Origin: Patescibacteria group bacterium
Lineage (GTDB): Bacteria > Patescibacteriota > Saccharimonadia > CAILAD01 > JADZBC01
Assembly: GCA_052034495.1 (NCBI GenBank)
Contig: JBPOIL010000001.1
Coordinates: 14-64,013 of the forward strand
Direction: 5' to 3'
Length of the DNA: 64,000 bases
Under the pieces are notes generated by a model that was not told the origin of the DNA, did not search any database, and saw only the letters and a program-made list of their open reading frames with translations. The stretch's first letter is position 1; the number at the start of each line of letters is the position of its first letter. Shown piece by piece: positions 46,290-57,505 of the stretch. The position numbers were made by a program, and so were the translations under genes.

Positions 46290-47114
46290 ATGTTTGATAC
46301 ACTGATCGTAAATCCGCTCCTGAACCTTCTCATGGCCATCTTCGGCATCCTGCCAGGCCATGACTTTGGTATCGCCGTCATCATCATGACGCTCATTATT
46401 CGCTTTGCCATGTGGCCGCTTACTGCCAAGCAGCTTCGATCACAGAAGAAGATGCAGGCACTTCAGCCAGAGATCGCTAAGTTGCGCGTGCAGGCGGCAG
46501 GGGACAAGGCCAAGGAAAACCAACTCCTTATGGAGCTCTATAAAGAAAAGGAGATTAATCCCTTCTCTTCATGCCTACCGCTCCTCCTGCAGTTTCCATT
46601 CCTGATCGCTCTGTTCTTTGTACTCAAAAAGGCCGCTCTACCGTTTGACCAGATTAGTACTCTCCTTTACGAGCCAGTAAAGAATATACCGTACATCCAG
46701 CAGCTTATTAGTGGCGCGGTTAAATACGACCCAATGCTTCTACGGGTCATCCCAATGGATACGGCCAGCAAAGTACTCGCCGTAATTGCCGGTATTACTC
46801 AGTACATCCAGGTCAAGATGATTACACCTAAGAACATTGACCCGAACGACCAACAGGCCAAGATGACTTCGACCATGAATTACATTTTCCCAGCCATGAC
46901 AGCCTTCATTGCCTGGACGCTACCTGCCGCTCTACCACTCTACTGGATTACCGGTAACGGCGTAGCAATCTTCCAACAGTGGCTTATTATGCGCGAAGAA
47001 ACAGAAAAGATGGAAGAAGCCGTGATCGTAGAAGAATCTCCAAAGAAGACTCTACCAAAGGCCCGCAAGAATCAGACCAAAAAGCCAGCTACAAAGAAGA
47101 AAAGGAAGAAGTAA
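46290..47114 (+). CDS. yidC: YidC/Oxa1 family membrane protein insertase
   Basis: 274 aa, 5 TM, short Gram-positive-type YidC. Conserved operon position. Confidence 0.85.
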   Translation: MFDTLIVNPLLNLLMAIFGILPGHDFGIAVIIMTLIIRFAMWPLTAKQLRSQKKMQALQPEIAKLRVQAAGDKAKENQLLMELYKEKEINPFSSCLPLLLQFPFLIALFFVLKKAALPFDQISTLLYEPVKNIPYIQQLISGAVKYDPMLLRVIPMDTASKVLAVIAGITQYIQVKMITPKNIDPNDQQAKMTSTMNYIFPAMTAFIAWTLPAALPLYWITGNGVAIFQQWLIMREETEKMEEAVIVEESPKKTLPKARKNQTKKPATKKKRKK

Positions 47115-47558
47115 ATGGATAGAGCGGACACGCAAGCTCGACTCGAGGAGCTTCTGCGCAAGCTTGGGTTCGATGCGAGCGTGCAAGCCGAAGAAGCTGA
47201 AGGTAATTTGGTTTTGAGTATCGACTCCCCTCACCACGCACTATTGATTGGCCGAGGAGGGGAGACTCTTCGTTCCCTGCAACAAGTATTTAATGCCATG
47301 CAGCGCAAAGCTGGCGGTGAATTCGCCACACTCGACGTAGCAGGGTATCGCAAAGAACGCGAGGCTAAGCTAGAAAAGATCGCAAACGAAGCAGCCGATA
47401 GAGCCCGCCTAACGCAAGCTAAAGTTCACCTTAAGCCTATGAATGCTTACGAACGCCGCCAAGTACACATGGTGCTTGCAGAGATGCCAGACATTGTAAC
47501 AACCAGCGAGGGAGTAGAGCCGCACCGAGTTATCGTGGTGCAAACGCGGGAAGCTTAG
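47115..47558 (+). CDS. jag: Jag/KhpB RNA-binding protein (KH + R3H domains)
   Basis: GRGGETLRSLQ (KH GXXG) and R3H region (NAYERRQVHMVLAEM). Confidence 0.8.
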   Translation: MDRADTQARLEELLRKLGFDASVQAEEAEGNLVLSIDSPHHALLIGRGGETLRSLQQVFNAMQRKAGGEFATLDVAGYRKEREAKLEKIANEAADRARLTQAKVHLKPMNAYERRQVHMVLAEMPDIVTTSEGVEPHRVIVVQTREA

Positions 47559-47571
47559 GAGTCATAGTCTG

Positions 47572-48942
47572 ATGAACTCCCCTATAGACACCATCGTAGC
47601 GCTTTCCACCCCGCGTGGCCGTGGTGCGATAGCCATCATGCGATTAAGCGGGCCAGATGCTTTTAGTATTGTGCAGACCTTATGGCACGGTAAGCGGCCG
47701 GTTGAGCATCTTGATCCACATAGGCTCTACGGCGGTTGGATTACTTTAAGTGGACGCAAGCTAGATAGTGGACTCATTACTACGAGCCACACCCCGCGTT
47801 CATACACCGGTGAGGATATGGTGGAACTTCATACTCATGGGTCACCAGCTGTTATCGACGAAGTTTTGAACGCCTGCCTGTCTACCGGTGCGCGATTAGC
47901 CGAGCCAGGTGAGTTTACCAAGCGAGCGCTCCTCAATGGCAAGCTAGATGCTGCCCAGGCAGAGGCGGTCGCCGACTTAGTTGAGGCAGAGAGCAGCAAG
48001 CTAGCTCGATTAGCCGCCGACCAATTGGCAGGGGGCCTGTCTCGCAAGATGGCAACCCTCGTTGAGGATATTGTTGGTTTGGCCGCTGCAGAGGCCGCCC
48101 ACCTAGACTTTAGCGAGGAAGACATATCCGAACAGACCCACGAGACACTACTAACTAAGGTGCAGACAGTGGAGGCAGAACTCACAGAGCTCATCAATTA
48201 CTCCCAGAATATTTCAGTGTTGCGCGATGGCGTTAGTGTGGCGCTGGTTGGGCTGCCCAATGCTGGCAAATCCACCCTACTCAACAAGCTTCTTGGCTTT
48301 GAGCGCTCCATTGTTACCGACATTGCCGGCACTACACGCGATACTATAGAGGAGCGTATCATCCTCGGCGACATTCCGTTTAGACTTACCGATACAGCGG
48401 GCTTAAATACCGACCCCGATGAAGTTGAGGCTATTGGCATAGAGCGCACGCACCGCACGGTTAACTCGGCCGATGTGGTGCTTGTGTTGGTCGCACCGTC
48501 GGCACTCGTCGAAACCCAGAATTATCTAGAAGCATCCGGGCTTATGGAGGATCTGAACACCAAGCAAACTATCCTAGTGACTACGAAGTCAGACGAGGCG
48601 CAAGATGTTCCACCCAAGCCCAAATGGGCGAGCCAAGTTATGCAGGTTTCCGCCCAAACTGGCGATGGCATGGAGAGTTTGCAAAAAGCACTCATTGGGT
48701 TAGCTGACGTTCATGACACACCTGGCGATGTTGCTTTAACCACCAAGCGACAACTAGAACTCGCAACTCTCGCCAAAGGGCATATTACCCAAGCGATCAT
48801 CCTTTTGGGCTCAGGAACCCCGCGCGATATTGTACTCGTAGAACTAGAATCAGCCGCCAAGCAGCTCACACGAATTACCGGCGCAGATACCAATGACGCA
48901 ATGATAGCCGACATGTTCAGTCGCTTTTGTATCGGTAAGTAA
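47572..48942 (+). CDS. mnmE: tRNA modification GTPase MnmE
   Basis: G1 GLPNAGKSTLLN, G3 DTAG, C-terminal CIGK. Confidence 0.9.
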   Translation: MNSPIDTIVALSTPRGRGAIAIMRLSGPDAFSIVQTLWHGKRPVEHLDPHRLYGGWITLSGRKLDSGLITTSHTPRSYTGEDMVELHTHGSPAVIDEVLNACLSTGARLAEPGEFTKRALLNGKLDAAQAEAVADLVEAESSKLARLAADQLAGGLSRKMATLVEDIVGLAAAEAAHLDFSEEDISEQTHETLLTKVQTVEAELTELINYSQNISVLRDGVSVALVGLPNAGKSTLLNKLLGFERSIVTDIAGTTRDTIEERIILGDIPFRLTDTAGLNTDPDEVEAIGIERTHRTVNSADVVLVLVAPSALVETQNYLEASGLMEDLNTKQTILVTTKSDEAQDVPPKPKWASQVMQVSAQTGDGMESLQKALIGLADVHDTPGDVALTTKRQLELATLAKGHITQAIILLGSGTPRDIVLVELESAAKQLTRITGADTNDAMIADMFSRFCIGK

Positions 48943-48944
48943 TA

Positions 48945-50156
48945 TTACTTCTTCTTAGGTTTGGCTGCGGTTGAAGACTTAAGTTTGTGATGCTGCCTAT
49001 GTAGTCGCATGTATAGAATCGTACCAATCAGCATTGCCAAGCCTAGGCCAATTAGGATGGCTAAGAGGGTATTGTATGACTTTTTTTCAAGCACTACAGC
49101 ACTCTTTGGTGCAGTTTTCTTGGTGGTGTCCTTGGTGTAAAGACTCGCTTCAGGGGAGTTCTTACTCTCTTTATTGTCACGCACTGCTCTCACGAAGTAG
49201 CTATAGCCCTTGTCGTACTTTGTTGATCCGTCTATATACTCGTTGGTATCGGCGTTTATTTCGGCAAGCTTTTCGAATACACCCTTAGAGCCTACTTTGC
49301 GGTACAGGTGGTACTTGGAAACACCAGTAGTCGAGGACTTCTTCCACACGACTTTTATATGGGATTTATTCGAGATTTGAGTAAGGAGTAGGGTTTCGGG
49401 GGATGATATCGTGGAGTCTTCGGCAAACGGTTGCGGGCTCGAAGTGGTGGACGCAGTGTTACTTGCGGGCACTGTAGCTGTGGGCTCGCTCGGGCCTCCG
49501 TCAGGAGAAGTTACCACTTCGCTCGGGACGGTATAGTTAATCACGAGCTTTGGGCGAGAGCTTGCGGTAGCTTCGCTCATATAGAATACACGCGTCCAAT
49601 ACCCACCACCAGTAATCTGGTTTAGCAGCAGACCGTCATTGGGCATGGTTCCGTCTAGCCAGTAGCCGACAAGGCTTGTTGCACCAAAGTCTACATACGA
49701 GCCTGGTGTACACAGCACGTCCTGAGAGTACAAAATCTCTAATGAGCTACCACTTGTACTAAGCTGTTGGTATGTCGAACTTTCGGTCCAGGCAGGGGAG
49801 CCATTAGCTAAATACGCGCCTATACTAACCCTCCCGGCGTACGCGGAGCTATTTATGCACCCGCCTAATCTCATCGTTAGCTTGGCACTCTCCACGGTGG
49901 ACCCCGCAGGAATACTAGATAGGTCGAAGTACATTAGAACCTTCTGGCTAGACCCATCCCCGGGTCCCGACGCGACAGTTCCTAGGCCAATATTCCCATA
50001 GGAGCCATTGGGCGCGTCCGAGTTAACGTATGTGTCGCGGGTTGGTTCTAGAGTGACTGATTCAGCCTTTGCAGCAGGAGCTAGTAATAGGGTGGCGGCA
50101 GAGAGGGCAACAAAAATCCCTACCCCAAAGTATTTCTTTACGCCCACAAACTTCAT
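48945..50156 (-). CDS. cell-surface protein with C-terminal TM anchor (DNRLRE-like + FN3-like domains), hypothetical
   Basis: Signal peptide; Ser/Thr-rich linker; C-terminal TM helix + KKK tail. Confidence 0.4.
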   Translation of the reverse strand: MKFVGVKKYFGVGIFVALSAATLLLAPAAKAESVTLEPTRDTYVNSDAPNGSYGNIGLGTVASGPGDGSSQKVLMYFDLSSIPAGSTVESAKLTMRLGGCINSSAYAGRVSIGAYLANGSPAWTESSTYQQLSTSGSSLEILYSQDVLCTPGSYVDFGATSLVGYWLDGTMPNDGLLLNQITGGGYWTRVFYMSEATASSRPKLVINYTVPSEVVTSPDGGPSEPTATVPASNTASTTSSPQPFAEDSTISSPETLLLTQISNKSHIKVVWKKSSTTGVSKYHLYRKVGSKGVFEKLAEINADTNEYIDGSTKYDKGYSYFVRAVRDNKESKNSPEASLYTKDTTKKTAPKSAVVLEKKSYNTLLAILIGLGLAMLIGTILYMRLHRQHHKLKSSTAAKPKKK

Positions 50157-50249
50157 GAATGTAGCGTAACGCTTAAGCTAGAAGTTGTAAAGCAAGTTAG
50201 TACACTACTCCCTACGCATACCAAGGGGGAACCTGATGACAGGCGTTTT

Positions 50250-52067
50250 CTATTGAGAATCTGGCTTGGGAAACTTCAAGGCTGATTGGTAGTAGGTGTT
50301 GAAGGTGTCAGTCTTCGTAACCTGTCCGTTCACTTTGATGTCTCGGTAGAACACCGTCTGTGAAGGCTGGTTTACATCCGAGCTACCGCTTACAAAGTAG
50401 GGTCCGCGGATTACACCTTCCTTCTTTTTGGTTCCGTAAAACCTGAACTTCAGAGTCGTGCCGATCATCTCTGTTTGTATCAAAAGGTGTGCATCGGTAT
50501 CGTTACGGAACTTAAAGTCTACCGGAGGGTAGTAGATAGTAGCATCCACTCCAGGAACACCATACGGCGCAGTGTAGTAACTAATGGCAAAGGCATGGTT
50601 TACTCGCTCTAAGATTGGCAGGCCTGCCGTAAGAGCTGCACGGAATGCAGTTGATGACACTTGGCACAAGCCACCACCATACTGTTCTTCTTGTCGGTCT
50701 CCTAGAATAACCCAGCCAGGAGTATAACCCTCCTCGGGCCCAACATTACCCAGGAGCTTACCGAACGAGAACACTTCGCCAGGCTTTAGGAGTACACCGT
50801 TGTACCGCGCTGCACCAACCCGAACGTTGGTTAGGCGATTAGCCGATGAGCCTGGGAAATAACTTACTCCTTCGCTCAACAACTCTTTGATGCCGAGATT
50901 ATTAATACTTTCTTCGTTAACTGTTGGCTTGGTGGTGTCTACACTCATCGCAATGGTGCGTTGAGCATCAGTTGTGTTAAGCGAGGCAAGTATGGCGTCG
51001 CGTGTCCTTACTACGTTGAGCTTTTTACCATCTCGACTTGCCACGAATACTGTAGCCCGGTTGTCGGTTACGTTCAGTTGTGCGTCTATAGCCGCCTGGT
51101 CGATTTCTTTACTGATCTCAGTTAAGTATGAATCAATGCGGGCAGCGTCAAACTCTAGTTCTTTTGCGGGAGTAGCTGCGCCGTAGTATCCCTCGAGCAG
51201 GTTCTGGGAATACACTTTGGCTTCAGGGCTGGTGGTGGAATGAAGCCAACCAAAAGCCGTAGCCGGATCGACTTGCCAGGTTTTACCCGCGTAGTCAAGT
51301 TGCAGGGGGGAGCTAATGTAGCTTTGGGCTAGGGCCTTGTTAGCCTCGAGTGTTGCACTGTCGACCGACGGCTCCACGCTATCAGTCTGCACAGGGATAA
51401 TCTGCTCATCTAGTCTAGCTAGCGCACTGTGTAGGGCTAGGCCAAGCGCACCGTAATCTAATCGCTTACCAGCAGCCCCGGCAGTAAACCCAACCTGGCC
51501 TTCGGCTACCTGGTAGCTAGCGTTCACACTCGGTGTGGCAAGCCCGTTGTTGATTGCAATGGTCGTAGTGGCGAGCGCGGCATCATCGTAAGTAAGACTG
51601 GTGTTGTCCTGGCTAGCAATCCCAGCTAGCAAAGCCCATTGGCTTATCACTTGCTCTGCTATGTTGCCGTCCCTACCTTGGCGCATTAGTTCTTTACTGA
51701 GGGTTTCGTTGTTATAAGTAACACTAATGTCCTTCTGGGGAACGGATACCGTCTTGCCGTTCGCTTCAATCAAGATAGGGTTCTGGCTGTAGGCTAGAGT
51801 CTCTTTGTCGAGCAGCTTAGAGGCTTCATTAGGAGTTAGTCCTCCTAGGTATACGCCGTGGCCCCAAACCCCTGGGTAAATGCGGCTTGCGTAGGCAGCT
51901 CGCAAGGCAACTGTAGTAAGTACGAACAGGCCAAGGGCGACCAGCAGGCCATAAGCAATCTTACGACTTGCGCTACGGTTTTTTCGGGTCGGTAAATCGA
52001 AGGTTTCCTCTGGCTTACCTGAAGCCTCGATGTTCGATTTTTTATTCTTAGTCGCCATTGCTACCAA
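50250..52067 (-). CDS. VanW family protein
   Basis: VanW-domain block GGGLCQVSSTAFRAALTAGLPILERVNHAFAISYY; N-terminal TM anchor. Confidence 0.7.
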   Translation of the reverse strand: MVAMATKNKKSNIEASGKPEETFDLPTRKNRSASRKIAYGLLVALGLFVLTTVALRAAYASRIYPGVWGHGVYLGGLTPNEASKLLDKETLAYSQNPILIEANGKTVSVPQKDISVTYNNETLSKELMRQGRDGNIAEQVISQWALLAGIASQDNTSLTYDDAALATTTIAINNGLATPSVNASYQVAEGQVGFTAGAAGKRLDYGALGLALHSALARLDEQIIPVQTDSVEPSVDSATLEANKALAQSYISSPLQLDYAGKTWQVDPATAFGWLHSTTSPEAKVYSQNLLEGYYGAATPAKELEFDAARIDSYLTEISKEIDQAAIDAQLNVTDNRATVFVASRDGKKLNVVRTRDAILASLNTTDAQRTIAMSVDTTKPTVNEESINNLGIKELLSEGVSYFPGSSANRLTNVRVGAARYNGVLLKPGEVFSFGKLLGNVGPEEGYTPGWVILGDRQEEQYGGGLCQVSSTAFRAALTAGLPILERVNHAFAISYYTAPYGVPGVDATIYYPPVDFKFRNDTDAHLLIQTEMIGTTLKFRFYGTKKKEGVIRGPYFVSGSSDVNQPSQTVFYRDIKVNGQVTKTDTFNTYYQSALKFPKPDSQ

Positions 52068-52141
52068 TTATATACTGTTAGCAACTTTTTCGTCAGACTT
52101 TCGTAGTGCATAAGGTGGAAACACTTATTTCAAGCTGTTAA

Positions 52142-53148
<1,007 letters not shown>

Positions 53149-53149
<1 letters not shown>

Positions 53150-53724
53150 TGGCCAATTTAGCAACCACAGAGTTTAAAGGCAGAAACACAAAGATCCCAG
53201 GTTTACTATTCTTCGACGTGTCATATGTCGGTGACGAAAGGGGCTACTTCCAGGAAAAGTACCAGAAAGCAAAGCTAGTTGATGCCGGCATGCCAGGGGA
53301 GTTTAATGTTGTTCAAAATAGCCTCTCGTTTAATAAGCAAAAGGGAGTAACACGTGGCCTGCACGCAGAGCCGTGGGACAAGTACATCTCCGTAGTCGAG
53401 GGCAGTGTTTTTGCCGCCTATGTTGACCTCCGGGAGGGAGAAAACTTTGGAGTTGTTGAGACGATTACCATTACCCCAAACGTTACGGTCTTTTTACCAC
53501 AAGGAGTCGCAAACTCTTTCCAGACCCTCGAAGACAATACATTCTATCTCTACAGCGTTAATAAGCACTGGAGCGCGGACGATTATGAAAAGTACGCTTT
53601 TGTGAACTTGGCCGACCCGCAGGTTGCGATCAAGTGGCCCGTACCTCTGGCCGATGCCGTGATGTCAGATAGAGACAAGGAGCACCCATTACTAAAAGAC
53701 ATTAAACCAATGGTTGTTTCCTAA
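53149..53724 (+). CDS. rfbC: dTDP-4-dehydrorhamnose 3,5-epimerase
   Basis: 191-aa cupin in the rml operon context. Confidence 0.8.
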
Positions 53725-54575
53725 TGAACGAACATAAGATCCTCATTACTGGCGCTAATGGGCAGCTTGGTAAAGAACTGCAAAGGCAGTACCCCAAGGC
53801 ACAAGCAGTAGGTAGTGCAGAGCTTGATATCTCAAGCCCCGAAGCCGTTAAGTCCTTTAACTGGTCTACTGTAGACATCATTATTAATGCAGCAGCATAT
53901 ACAAACGTAGATGGGGCTGAAGGTACCGAGGGTAGAAAAGCTGCCTGGGCGGTAAACGCGACCGGCGTGGCCAATTTAGCAATGGTTGCTTCTGAGCATG
54001 GTCTGACATTAGTACATATTTCCAGCGAATATGTATTCGATGGGACTTCTAAAAAGCATGACGAGGAAGAAACACTAAGCCCACTATCTGTATATGGAAG
54101 CAGTAAGGCTGCTGGGGATATTGCTGCTTCGACAACTAACAAGCATTATATTATACGCACTAGCTGGGTCATCGGTGAGGGCAAGAACTTTGTCCGTACC
54201 ATGCTTGGCCTAGGGCAGAAGGGCATCGCTCCTACTGTGGTCTCAGACCAGATTGGGCGCCTTACGTTTACCACGGAGCTTGTGCGGACCATAGACCACT
54301 TACTCCAGAACAGAGCCGATTACGGAGTGTATAACCTCAGTAATGGCGGAGAGCCCGCCAGCTGGGCCGACATTACACGCGCCATATTCAAATGCGCCGG
54401 CTATGATTTAGTAGTCGGAGAGACAACTACCGAGGAATACTTTGCTGGCAAAGAAGGCATCGCCCCCCGGCCGCTACAGAGCACCCTCGACCTCTCTAAG
54501 GTTATAGCTACCGGGTTCGAGCCGAAAGATTGGCGCGATGACCTAGTTAATTACGTTAAAAAGGAGCAGGCATGA
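53724..54575 (+). CDS. rfbD: dTDP-4-dehydrorhamnose reductase
   Basis: N-terminal [11 protein letters not shown]; 283 aa. Confidence 0.85.
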   Translation: MNEHKILITGANGQLGKELQRQYPKAQAVGSAELDISSPEAVKSFNWSTVDIIINAAAYTNVDGAEGTEGRKAAWAVNATGVANLAMVASEHGLTLVHISSEYVFDGTSKKHDEEETLSPLSVYGSSKAAGDIAASTTNKHYIIRTSWVIGEGKNFVRTMLGLGQKGIAPTVVSDQIGRLTFTTELVRTIDHLLQNRADYGVYNLSNGGEPASWADITRAIFKCAGYDLVVGETTTEEYFAGKEGIAPRPLQSTLDLSKVIATGFEPKDWRDDLVNYVKKEQA

Positions 54576-55429
54576 AAGGAATAATTCTAGCAGGCGGTTC
54601 GGGAACAAGACTCTACCCGGTCACCAGGGGTGTATCCAAGCAGCTGATCCCTATTTACGATAAGCCGATGATCTACTATCCGCTTTCAACGCTCATGAGC
54701 GCAGGGATTCGAGAGATTTTAATAATCTCAACGCCCCAAGACCTACCAAGGTTCGAGCAGCTGTTGGGCAGCGGGGCTGAAATCGGCTGCGACTTTACCT
54801 ATAAGGTGCAGGACGAGCCCCGAGGCCTAGCCGATGCTTACAGAGTAGGGGCTGAGTTCATCGGGGACGACAAGGTTGCCATGGTGCTGGGGGACAACAT
54901 CTTCTATGGCTCCGGCCTGGCTGAAAAGCTCCAGTCGTTTACCGATATCGACGGAGCAGTTGGTTTTGCTGCACCAGTCCATGACCCGGAGCGTTACGGC
55001 GTCTACGAATTCGATGAGCAGATGAACGTGCTCTCGATTGAAGAAAAGCCAGAGAAGCCAAAGTCCAACTATGCTAACGCAGGCCTGTACTTTTGCGACA
55101 ACGAAGTAGTAGAGATTGCTAAAAACGTAGAGCCAAGTGAGAGGGGCGAGATCGAGATTACCTCCGTGCTAGATGCCTACCTTAAGAAGGGTAAGCTAAA
55201 GGTTTGTTTATTTGACCCAGGGACTGCATGGCTAGACACTGGTACGTTCGCAAGTCTCAATCAGGCATCCCAATTTGTTCAAGTTATTGAGGAACGACAA
55301 GGTATCAAGATTGGTTGTATTGAGGAAATTGCTTGGCGGAATGGCTGGATTAATGACGAACAGCTAAGCAACCTCGCTACCCCATTGAAAAAGAGTGGAT
55401 ATGGTAAATATTTAGAAGGGCTTCTGTAG
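54572..55429 (+). CDS. rfbA: glucose-1-phosphate thymidylyltransferase
   Basis: N-terminal [18 protein letters not shown]. Confidence 0.9.
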   Translation: MKGIILAGGSGTRLYPVTRGVSKQLIPIYDKPMIYYPLSTLMSAGIREILIISTPQDLPRFEQLLGSGAEIGCDFTYKVQDEPRGLADAYRVGAEFIGDDKVAMVLGDNIFYGSGLAEKLQSFTDIDGAVGFAAPVHDPERYGVYEFDEQMNVLSIEEKPEKPKSNYANAGLYFCDNEVVEIAKNVEPSERGEIEITSVLDAYLKKGKLKVCLFDPGTAWLDTGTFASLNQASQFVQVIEERQGIKIGCIEEIAWRNGWINDEQLSNLATPLKKSGYGKYLEGLL

Positions 55430-55435
55430 CAAGGC

Positions 55436-56209
55436 ATGAAGATAATTGTCGCCATACCTTGTTTCAACTGTGAGAAACAAATACCTAGAGTTATAAAGGG
55501 TTTCAACAAAAAACTGCTTTCTGAGTTAGACGAGGTAATGGTTATTAATAACCGCAGTGAGGACAACACTGTTGAAGCTGCAAAAAAAGCAATTCAACAA
55601 ATAGGCTCACGTAAATTTAGTATTTACACAAATACAGAAAACTACAATCTAGGAGGCACACACAAGGTTGCATTTCTACATGCAGAACAAAAAAATGCAG
55701 ACTATATTATTATTCTTCATGGCGACGACCAGGCAAGTACCCAAGACATTAGCAAGCTAATAAGAGCTGCGAAAAATAGTCCTAATGCCTCGGCAGTCCT
55801 GGGTTCAAGATTCTCAAAGGGGTCAGAGCTCCAGGGGTATTCCATTGAAAGAATTATAGGGAATAAGTGCCTCAATCTAATCTATAGTATTGTAACCCTC
55901 CGTAATACCAGAGACTTGGGATCGGGCTTAAATATTTTCAAAATAGATTCACTGAAGGATCATAGATATTTAGGGTTTGGGGACAACCTTGCTTTTAACT
56001 TCGATTTATTGCTAGATTTCTATAGAAAGAAGTCTATTCTAGTATCTACTCCAATAATCTGGCGAGAAACTGACCAGGTAAGTAATGCAAAAAACCTAAA
56101 AATAGCCAAAATGGCCCTTACTAAGCTAGCAAGGTGGAGGTTTCACAAAGAAAGATTTCTAAAAAAGACGACAAATGACTACACTACTACGAAAGTTTGG
56201 TCAAAGTGA
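55436..56209 (+). CDS. glycosyltransferase family 2 protein
   Basis: N-terminal IIVAIPCFNCEKQI; DxD-type GT-A fold. AT-rich (~38% GC). Confidence 0.7.
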   Translation: MKIIVAIPCFNCEKQIPRVIKGFNKKLLSELDEVMVINNRSEDNTVEAAKKAIQQIGSRKFSIYTNTENYNLGGTHKVAFLHAEQKNADYIIILHGDDQASTQDISKLIRAAKNSPNASAVLGSRFSKGSELQGYSIERIIGNKCLNLIYSIVTLRNTRDLGSGLNIFKIDSLKDHRYLGFGDNLAFNFDLLLDFYRKKSILVSTPIIWRETDQVSNAKNLKIAKMALTKLARWRFHKERFLKKTTNDYTTTKVWSK

Positions 56210-56940
56210 AAGAACTACAGATACTTATGCCTATGGGAGGATTGGGTCAGCGTTTTCGAGATCAAGGGTACGAGACGCCAAAACCACTCATTCAAGTAGA
56301 AGGTAGGGCCATGTTCCTTAAAGCACTCGAAAGTTTTGAAGATCTTGACGTACCTAAATCATATATATTTGTGATTAGAGCCGATCAAGACCAAGAGTAT
56401 AACTTAGCAAAAAAAATTTCCTCTTTGTTGCCGGAAGCAAAAGTTAACATATTAGATCACAATACACAGGGAGCAGTAGAAACATGCCTGATAGCAGAGA
56501 AAGACATTAAGCCTGATTGCCCAATTATTATTATGGATTGCGATTTTCGCTTTTCATCTAAAGAATATAACAGCAAGGTAGTATCTGCCATCAATCATGG
56601 CGAACCGGACGGAATATTATTGTGTTTCCCTTCTGATAATCCAAGGTATAGTTATGCAAAGTTAAAAAATCAGAATGTCGTAGAAACCGCTGAAAAAAAA
56701 GTCATATCCAGCAACGCTATAGCAGGTGCTTATTATTTCAACAAAGCATCATCCTTCTTGGATTCCGCTCACAAACTACTAAAGATACCAATTTCTGAAA
56801 ACATGAAAGAATATTATTTGTCTTTAATATATAATATTCTAATAAAACAAGATAAATCTATAACAATTGCAAGGATTGACGATTTTAATTCGTTTGGAAC
56901 GCCAGAAGAGTTAAAATCGTTTCTATCTACTGATGAGTAA
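56197..56940 (+). CDS. sugar/alcohol-phosphate nucleotidyltransferase (LicC/IspD-like NTP-transferase fold)
   Basis: Motif MPMGGLGQRF...PKPLIQVEGRAM. Very AT-rich. Confidence 0.55.
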   Translation: MVKVKELQILMPMGGLGQRFRDQGYETPKPLIQVEGRAMFLKALESFEDLDVPKSYIFVIRADQDQEYNLAKKISSLLPEAKVNILDHNTQGAVETCLIAEKDIKPDCPIIIMDCDFRFSSKEYNSKVVSAINHGEPDGILLCFPSDNPRYSYAKLKNQNVVETAEKKVISSNAIAGAYYFNKASSFLDSAHKLLKIPISENMKEYYLSLIYNILIKQDKSITIARIDDFNSFGTPEELKSFLSTDE

Positions 56941-57505
56941 GAATGGGAGAATTATCAAAGCATTTTTTTTCGATCTTGATGGCACACTTTGTGACACAGA
57001 TGAGGCGAACTATTTAGCCTACAAAAAAGCATTTAAAACTGCAGGTTTCGAGCTAAAGAGAAGTGACTTTGACAGAGTCAATGGCAATAGGGCGGATAAG
57101 TTTATGCCGGTCCTAATACCAGGCATTTCAGAAGAAGAGATTGAAAAAATTAGAGAACAAAAGGCAGTCTTTTATGCCAGACTAATGCATAAGACAAAAC
57201 CCAATAAAGAGCTTATTGATTTTATGAATAAGATGAGGCCGCATCACCAGATGGTCTTAGTCACAACCGCCGCCAAAAAAAATGCCCACGAAGTTTTGAA
57301 GCAAAATAACTTACTTCAAAGTTTTGATAAGATGATTTTTGGCGAATATATAGCAAGGCCAAAGCCAGCACCAGATGTGTATCTACTGGCTCTAAAAGAA
57401 GTAGGCCTGGAAAAAGATGAAGTAGTTGTTTTTGAAGACTCTCAAGTAGGTATAGAGGCGGCAACAAAAGCAGGCCTACAAGTAATTAAGGTAATAATAT
57501 CTTGA
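56933..57505 (+). CDS. HAD-IA family hydrolase (phosphatase/beta-phosphoglucomutase-like)
   Basis: FFDLDGTLCDT motif I. Confidence 0.7.
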   Translation: MSKNGRIIKAFFFDLDGTLCDTDEANYLAYKKAFKTAGFELKRSDFDRVNGNRADKFMPVLIPGISEEEIEKIREQKAVFYARLMHKTKPNKELIDFMNKMRPHHQMVLVTTAAKKNAHEVLKQNNLLQSFDKMIFGEYIARPKPAPDVYLLALKEVGLEKDEVVVFEDSQVGIEAATKAGLQVIKVIIS